DNA from: Rebecca billardiae RCC1528
Lineage: Eukaryota > Protista > Haptophyta
NCBI GenBank assembly: GCA_965240325.2
Contig: OZ251230.1
Coordinates: forward strand, 744,001-808,000
DNA: 64,000 nt
Direction of reading: 5' to 3'
Positions 58,097 through 64,000 of this stretch are shown here, in pieces (within the stretch, counting starts at the first letter, position 1; the number at the start of each line of letters is the position of its first letter). Made by a program: the position numbers and the translations under genes. Below the pieces are notes generated by a model. It searched no databases. It was not told the DNA's origin and saw nothing but the letters and a program-made list of their open reading frames with translations.

Positions 58097-59225
58097 CAAG
58101 GGCGGTAAGGGCTGTCAACTCCCAGTGGCGGCGGTGGCAGAGGTTGGTCGCCGCTTCGTCGCTGCGCGGCCTCGCTCCAGCGACTAACTCTCGTGGGCGC
58201 CCGCCCTGGGGGGCGAGTGGGGCGCGCACGGCGCGAGCTCCTGTGGCCGTGTACGCGCGCGCGGAGGCGGCGCGCGTGGCTGGGCAGGTGCTAAGGAGTG
58301 TATGTCGCCCTCCCACGCCGCGCGCCTTGCTCGCCGCCGCTTTCGCCGCGCCTCAGGCCAGCGCGCACGCGTGCGCCGCCTCCAGAGCCAGCCTCGGGCA
58401 ATCGGCAGCCGCCCGCGCATGTGTGGTGCGCGGTCTGGTCGGCGCGAGTCGGTCGGGGCCATCGGGCGAGGCTCGCATACTATAGACGCGCGCCATGCTG
58501 CCTCGCGCCGCCGCGCGTGGGTTGTCATGGGTCGACACGCAAGCATCTTAGGTCTGACACGAACTGCAGCACGAATGCGAAAATGCTCATGTTTGGACGC
58601 TCATGGAGACGCTGGAGAGCACAATAGACGCGCGCAGGCGATGAAGAGCGGGGCAATGCACTCATAGGACGCCGTACACGCGCCCAATGCGGCCGCCTAT
58701 CACGCGCATGTGCGCTCACTGTCACGTATTCGAGCTCATTTCTGCTTGTCGTGCATTCATCGATCAGCTTCCTTCAACAGCTTCACGGGATGGGACCGGG
58801 CCCACGCGCGGCGGCGCGAGGCAGCATGGCGCGCGTCTATAGTATGCGAGCCTCGCCCGATGGCCCCGACCGACTCGCGCCGACCAGACCGCGCACCACA
58901 CATGCGCGGGCGGCTGCCGATTGCCCGAGGCTGGCTCTGGAGGCGGCGCACGCGTGCGCGCTGGCCTGAGGCGCGGCGAAAGCGGCGGCGAGCAAGGCGC
59001 GCGGCGTGGGAGGGCGACATACACTCCTTAGCACCTGCCCAGCCACGCGCGCCGCCTCCGCGCGCGCGTACACGGCCACAGGAGCTCGCGCCGTGCGCGC
59101 CCCACTCGCCCCCCAGGGCGGGCGCCCACGAGAGTTAGTCGCTGGAGCGAGGCCGCGCAGCGACGAAGCGGCGACCAACCTCTGCCACCGCCGCCACTGG
59201 GAGTTGACAGCCCTTACCGCCCTTG
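58097..59225. mobile_element. Foldback non-autonomous DNA transposon with ~425-bp TIRs
   Basis: Arms ~58097-58521 and ~58801-59225 are reverse complements (CAAGGGCGGTAAGG...CCTTACCGCCCTTG). Flanking direct repeat GTCCTGC at 58090-96 and 59226-32. Confidence 0.8.
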
Positions 59226-59243
59226 GTCCTGCGTAAGGCAAAT

Positions 59244-60776
59244 ATGACTAAAGCTTCTGTTTCCAAAACTACGCGTAACCAAGGGGGCCGGGCCGCGCCT
59301 AAACAGGCGGCGCGCCGCGGGCCATCAACAAGGAAGAAGGTACCGAACCGGGAGGAGAACGAGTCGGACCACAGGGGGGAAAACGATTCGGAAGTGGACC
59401 AGGATGACGATGACGACGATGATGCCCACCAGGAAGAGACTACTTTCCAGGAGGGTCGGATGATCAGATCGATTGAACCGCCTCTCCAGGTGGAGGACAT
59501 CGTCCCCCAGACAAGGAACGACGTTGACTATGAAGTAGATCCCAACGCAAGGAGAGGGCTGAAAGGATCACAGGCGGGGCGAGCAGGAGCTGCCGCCCGC
59601 CCGCGCGCCACCAGGGCCGAGACTCGGGGTGGTTATCGCGCACAAGAAAACAACGCCCGTCGTGCAAAGGCAGCACAGTCAACCCCGCCGGTTGCAAACC
59701 GTGCAGCCGGCGCTGACAAGAAACGGAAAGGCCAGGCAGATGAAGGTCGAGAACTCAGGCAAGGGCCCCCGTCGAATAAACGACAGAGGGTAGCCACGCC
59801 AGAGCCCGACCAAGATGGTGACTCAGGCAGTGATTCCGAATTAGGCGAAGATACGGACGATGGCATTCCGAGGGAGGGGTATGAAGACGACTAGTTCCTT
59901 TCTGATAGGGAAACCGAAGTTACTCCGGTCACGAAAAAGCGACTGCGCAGGCCCAAGCATCGAGGCGGCAAGAGTCGCAAAGGGGCACTAGTCGGCATCG
60001 AGGGCGAGTCACAATCTGGCTCTCGGGCGGGCGAGGATAGCCTCCGGGGAGCTGGGCTGCTACAGTCGATACCGCCACAGCTAGGGGGCATGGGAGGACC
60101 GTTGGCAGGCCCCTGGCCATTGTTGAATTTAGCCATCCAAAATTCGCTGCAGCAAGCACTGACAGGGCAAGCGATCGCCCCGATTGTGGCCCTGCAGGCT
60201 TATCTGCCCCAGACAGCAAACATGCTGGACGACGCACAAATCACACACGGGGCTGATGGATCAGTGCAAACGAAGTTTAGCGTGCGAGCGGCGCTGCGCA
60301 TTCGTACGCTCGAAGATTTTGTCATAGCATACTCTCGGTTTCTCCGCAACCAACACCAGGCTGACATGGGCTCCGTCCTCAAGGCAGCCCTCGAGCACCT
60401 TGAGCGGGTGGCATCTATGTCTCGGGACCACAACCCACAAACGGCTGTGGCGTACGACGAATTAGTGCGGATGCACGCGGGGGAGACCTGCTTAATGGGC
60501 GAACTGCAGCAGTATGCTTTCAACTCTGAGGCAATGACTAAGGCCACCACGAAGCATAATTTCCGCTGCCCGCACGAGTCAGGGGGCGGTGGAGACGGCG
60601 GGCCGATTTGCCGCCTATTCAACAAACCGGGAGGCTGCTCATACAGTAAATGTAAATTCGCACACAAATGCACACGTTGTCAGGGGAAATTCAGCAGGGA
60701 TGTCAAATATTGTCCGAGGTGCTGCAGCGACAAGCCGGGCAGGGATCCGAAGGGGAGAGCCAAAACGGACGGCTAG
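59244..60776 (+). pseudogene. DIRS-type retrotransposon gag-like ORF with a C-terminal CCCH/Zn knuckle and one in-frame TAG at 59892
   Basis: ORFs 59223-59894 and 60090-60776 share a frame, and the region between them is open apart from the TAG. AVAYDELVR and ICRLFNKPGGCSYSKCKFAHKCTRC resemble DIRS Gag. Lies directly upstream of the RT. Confidence 0.65.
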
Positions 60777-60930
60777 TCCACTAGCCCGATCATTCGACCG
60801 TAACCTCACCAGCAAGTAATCCCGCCCGGCAAGATAGTAGCAGCAACATCCCCTCAGCAATATCCGACGACCCCCTGCTCAACCCCCCTGAGCCAATTCC
60901 ACAATGTCCAGTGTGTAGTCTAGCATGTTA

Positions 60931-61711
60931 TGCTAACTTTTGCGCCGAGTCCTTAACCACTCGGACACGCAAAAGCTCCCACGACGCGCCGTGGGAGCTT
61001 TTGCGTGTCCGAGTGGTTAAGGACTTGGCGCAAGAGTTAGCATAACGCGGTTCCTTCCGGCGGGTTTGTTCTTTAGCCTGGTGTTGTTCCTTCACCAGCG
61101 TTCCGACGGGCCGCGGGCCATCCGCCGTCCCGCTCTCATGAGCCTTTCAGGGACTGATCTTCACCTCGTTCAGCGGGAGTGAAGAAGAAGCGCACTTTCG
61201 GGCGAAAGAGCGTTGCGCAACCGGACTCGAACCGCGCTATGCTAACTTTTGCGCCGAGTCCTTAACCACTCGGACACGCAAAAGCTCCCACGACGCTGCG
61301 CCGAGTACTTAACCACTCGGACACGCAAAAGCTCCCAACGACGCGTCGTGGGAGCTTTTGCGTGTCCGAGTGGTTAAGGACTCGGCGCAAAAGTTAGCAT
61401 AGCGCGGTTCGAGTCCGGTTGCGCAACGCTCTTTCGCCCGAAAGTGCGCTTCTTCTTCACTCCCGCTGAACGGGGTGAAGATCCGTCCCTGAAAGGCTCA
61501 TGAGAGCTGGACGGCGATGGCCCGCTGCCCGTCGGAACGCTGGTGAAGGAACAATGTTCACCAGGCTAAAGAACAAACCCGCCGGAAGGAACCGCGTTAT
61601 GCTAACTTTTGCGCCGAGTACTTAACCACTCGGACACGCAAAAGCTCCCACGACGCGTCGTGGGAGCTTTTGCGTGTCCGAGTGGTTAAGGACTCGGCGC
61701 AAAAGTTAGCA
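60931..61711. mobile_element. 781-bp nested palindromic insertion with tRNA-like A and B boxes
   Basis: Flanked by TGTTA (60926-30 and 61712-16). Removing it restores the pol frame (PQCPVCSLACYDCAC). Three palindromes are separated by mutually inverted spacers. Confidence 0.7.
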
Positions 61712-63319
61712 TGTTACGACTGTGCGTGCCAGCACAGTCAATTTTACGATAAAATCTACCGAGGCTGCCCGCTCTTCGACACACGGGCGAGTTGGCGGCA
61801 GCTCCTCCCGCCAGGCGACAGCACCGACGAGGCAGCACATGTTACAAGATACGTGGTGGCATGTGTGTACAGCGGTTTTAGCTGCTTCCAGGGACTGGCG
61901 TCGGCGGGGGGCAATGATCCAACATACTCGTTAGCGCAGAGCAGCCTCGCCCATTGTGATCAGTACAATTATGATTCAGTACACAAACATCAAGACAAGG
62001 CAGCAGACCAGGTCGAGGACTGGCTCAAAAACGGATGGGCGGTGCAAGCTGAACCAGATCGCTCTGTTTTTACGCCCCTCCCCGACGGCTCAGTCAGGCA
62101 CGACCTGCTCTGTGTCACACCACTCGGGGTAGTCCCGAAACACGGCTCGTACGATGAAATCCGCATGATATTTGACTGTCGGCGCTCCTGGTTGAACGAA
62201 ACTATACCCGATATTCCGTTTCGCTACCGCGAAGTGAATCACGCGTGTAAGGCTCTGCAGCCAGGTTATTGGATGGCGAAGGTGGACATTGAAAGTGCGT
62301 TCCCACACATTCATCTCCGTCCAGACGACTGGCGACACTTGGGCTTTGCCTGGCAGGATGGGTTCTGCCACATGACTCGCATGCCTTTCGGGGCAAAGAG
62401 TGCGCCGTATGTATTTTCACTGGTCGGAGATGCAGTTCGCCAGGCCTTCATGGCAATCGCTCCCGACGGGGTAGTGGCACTAGTCAACTACCTCGACGAT
62501 TTTCTACTGATCTGCAGAGACAAAGCCTCGTGTGAGGCGGCACTGGAGGCTTTTCACGCGCTCCTGGCCAAACTCGGCCTGGTCGTGAGGGAGGATAAGA
62601 CAGTACCGCCGACCCGTCGCTGTGAGTTTTTAGGAGTCGTCCTCGACTCGGTGAAGTGCGAGCTGACAGTCACCAGGGAGCGGCTTACCAACGTAAAAAT
62701 CGAAATCGACAGTATTTTGCGGCGGCGGACGGCGGCGTCAGTGGCTCAGCTTGAGTCCCTGTGCGGCCGACTAGGCTGGCCCGCGCGAGCCAACCCTCGG
62801 TGCCGTCCGTACCTACGCCGCTTGCTCGTGCTCGTGCACGCGCGCGCGCGCGACGCGAGTCAGCAGACGACGACGAAAATAGCGAAGCGGCGTGACGGCG
62901 CGGCGAGGAGGGGGACCAAAAACCTGCCCGTGCGCTTGTCCGCAACAACAAAAGACGATCTGCGCTGGTGGGCGCGCGCGGTGCGCCACTGGCAGCCGCG
63001 CACATTGTTTTTAGAAGAACGACCTAAGCCTTGCGTAGCCGTTTTCTCGGACGCCTCGGACAATGGCTGGGGCGCCACTGCACACGGCGAAGATACATTT
63101 GGCACTGGGTTCGCACAACATTCCTTTTCACACATCTACCCAAAAGAATTATACGCGGTAGTCCGCGCCGCACAACGCTGGGGGCCGAAGTGGAAGGCCC
63201 AAAGGGTGCTTGCCTTTGTGGATAAAACTCTGCCCTGGCGGGCGGGGGGGTCAGCGGGCCGTGCCAGTGCTGTCGCAATATTTCCCCAGCGGGTTCGCGC
63301 CTTTTATTTAGCGGTTTGA
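61712..63319 (+). CDS. Reverse transcriptase - RNase H (DIRS-type pol), 5' end interrupted and 3' end probably frameshifted
   Basis: RT motifs PLGVVPK, RMIFDCR, WMAKVDIESAF, MPFGAKSAP, NYLDDFL and EFLGVVLD; RNase H motifs FSDAS..GWG and HIYPKELYAV. Confidence 0.85.
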   Translation, partial: CYDCACQHSQFYDKIYRGCPLFDTRASWRQLLPPGDSTDEAAHVTRYVVACVYSGFSCFQGLASAGGNDPTYSLAQSSLAHCDQYNYDSVHKHQDKAADQVEDWLKNGWAVQAEPDRSVFTPLPDGSVRHDLLCVTPLGVVPKHGSYDEIRMIFDCRRSWLNETIPDIPFRYREVNHACKALQPGYWMAKVDIESAFPHIHLRPDDWRHLGFAWQDGFCHMTRMPFGAKSAPYVFSLVGDAVRQAFMAIAPDGVVALVNYLDDFLLICRDKASCEAALEAFHALLAKLGLVVREDKTVPPTRRCEFLGVVLDSVKCELTVTRERLTNVKIEIDSILRRRTAASVAQLESLCGRLGWPARANPRCRPYLRRLLVLVHARARDASQQTTTKIAKRRDGAARRGTKNLPVRLSATTKDDLRWWARAVRHWQPRTLFLEERPKPCVAVFSDASDNGWGATAHGEDTFGTGFAQHSFSHIYPKELYAVVRAAQRWGPKWKAQRVLAFVDKTLPWRAGGSAGRASAVAIFPQRVRAFYLAV

Positions 63320-63619
63320 CGGGCAGGATGACGAATAACAATGCGACACACAGATGATGGTGAGCTACCTGACTCACTGACGAATCATAACGCGACAGAT
63401 GACTCTGGTGATCTCACCGACAGTGTGATTGCGCGTGTATTCGTGCACCCACTGCGCTACTCGTCATCGTGCCGAGCCGTCGACTGCGCGCACGCACTGC
63501 CAACTGATTGGCGTGCGACGGCGGCTTGCTTGTGACGCCTGACGGTGACGGTTCAATGTCCTCGGAGCTAAACAGTGGTGGCGGAGTGTGATGTCATGTT
63601 TCATGACATCGCCTGACTC

Positions 63620-63860
63620 CGCCGACCGCACAGCGGCCCGCGCCCGCGCGAGCTGATGACAGTTGGCTGCGCGCACGGCTGGCGCTCGTGCACGCGTGCG
63701 CGTACGCGCTGGCCTGAGACGAGGCGAACGTGGCGCGAGCGAGGCGCGCGGCATGGGAGGGCGCCGCGCGCTCTCTCGCGGCTGCCCAGAGGCGGCTTCG
63801 GCCTGCACGGCCGCATCCACGGCCGTACGAGCGCGCGCTGTGCGCGCCCCCAGCGCCGCC
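63620..63860 (+). repeat. Diverged relative of the 58097-59225 foldback arm
   Basis: CACGCGTGCGCG..CTGGCCTGAG..GGCGAA..GCGAGC.AGGCGCGCGGC.TGGGAGGGCG matches ~58949-59017. Confidence 0.55.
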
Positions 63861-64000
63861 AGGGCTGCGTCCCAGGAGACTTAGGCTCTGCAGCAGCGGC
63901 GCAAGGCCAACTCTCAAGCTGCTCCCCCAACCTGCACGCCGCCGACTGCTCGGCGCCCCCACGGATCTGTTCAGCGAGCATACGCACATCTGCAGGGCAA

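Larger units (their letters stand above)
59244..63319 (+). mobile_element. Decayed DIRS/Ngaro-like retrotransposon (gag + RT-RNase H); ends not resolved
   Basis: gag-like ORF followed by an RT/RNase H ORF, with GC clearly lower than the flanking array. No tyrosine recombinase was recognised in the window. Confidence 0.75.

Noticed and set aside
61355-61430. Functional tRNA gene
   Set aside because: A- and B-box-like motifs are present but acceptor and anticodon stems do not form convincingly, and the sequence lies inside a palindromic insertion.
61712-63319. The reverse transcriptase as the engine of LRR diversification (DGR-like), suggested by the NNC pattern of variable codons
   Set aside because: The RT has RNase H and an upstream gag, so it is a DIRS-type and disrupted element. 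No adenine-rich template repeat is present, and high GC3 plus selection explains the NNC codons.

Overview
Very GC-rich eukaryotic DNA with GT-AG spliceosomal introns; an alga such as a haptophyte is plausible but this is inference. Most of the ORF track is noise from translated introns. About 2.4-55.1 kb is a head-to-tail array of five intact paralogous multi-exon genes, and a sixth unit is cut off by mobile DNA. Each gene encodes a predicted soluble protein: N-terminal cap, a variable number (8, 4, 11, 15, 13) of 29-aa RI-like leucine-rich repeats, a capping exon, a (DDSA)n linker, a coiled coil, a non-RD protein kinase, RING1 and an Rcat/RING2-like module. Every LRR is its own 87-nt (rarely 90-nt) phase-2 exon between near-identical ~340-nt introns. 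The exon core is nearly invariant at the DNA level, while five codons around the splice junction, which map to the concave ligand-binding strand, are hypervariable. Chimeric exons and introns show shuffling of these modules, so the array looks like a diversifying intracellular immune-receptor locus. Each unit also carries a divergently transcribed RMD1/FAM82-like TPR gene that is intact only in unit 1. The RMD1 remnants and the shared promoter are crowded with non-autonomous transposons (MITEs, a foldback element, a Helentron-like dimer) and small footprint-like insertions. The last ~8 kb hold a decayed DIRS-type retrotransposon, a foldback element just upstream of its gag, and a nested palindrome with tRNA-like Pol III boxes inside its pol.
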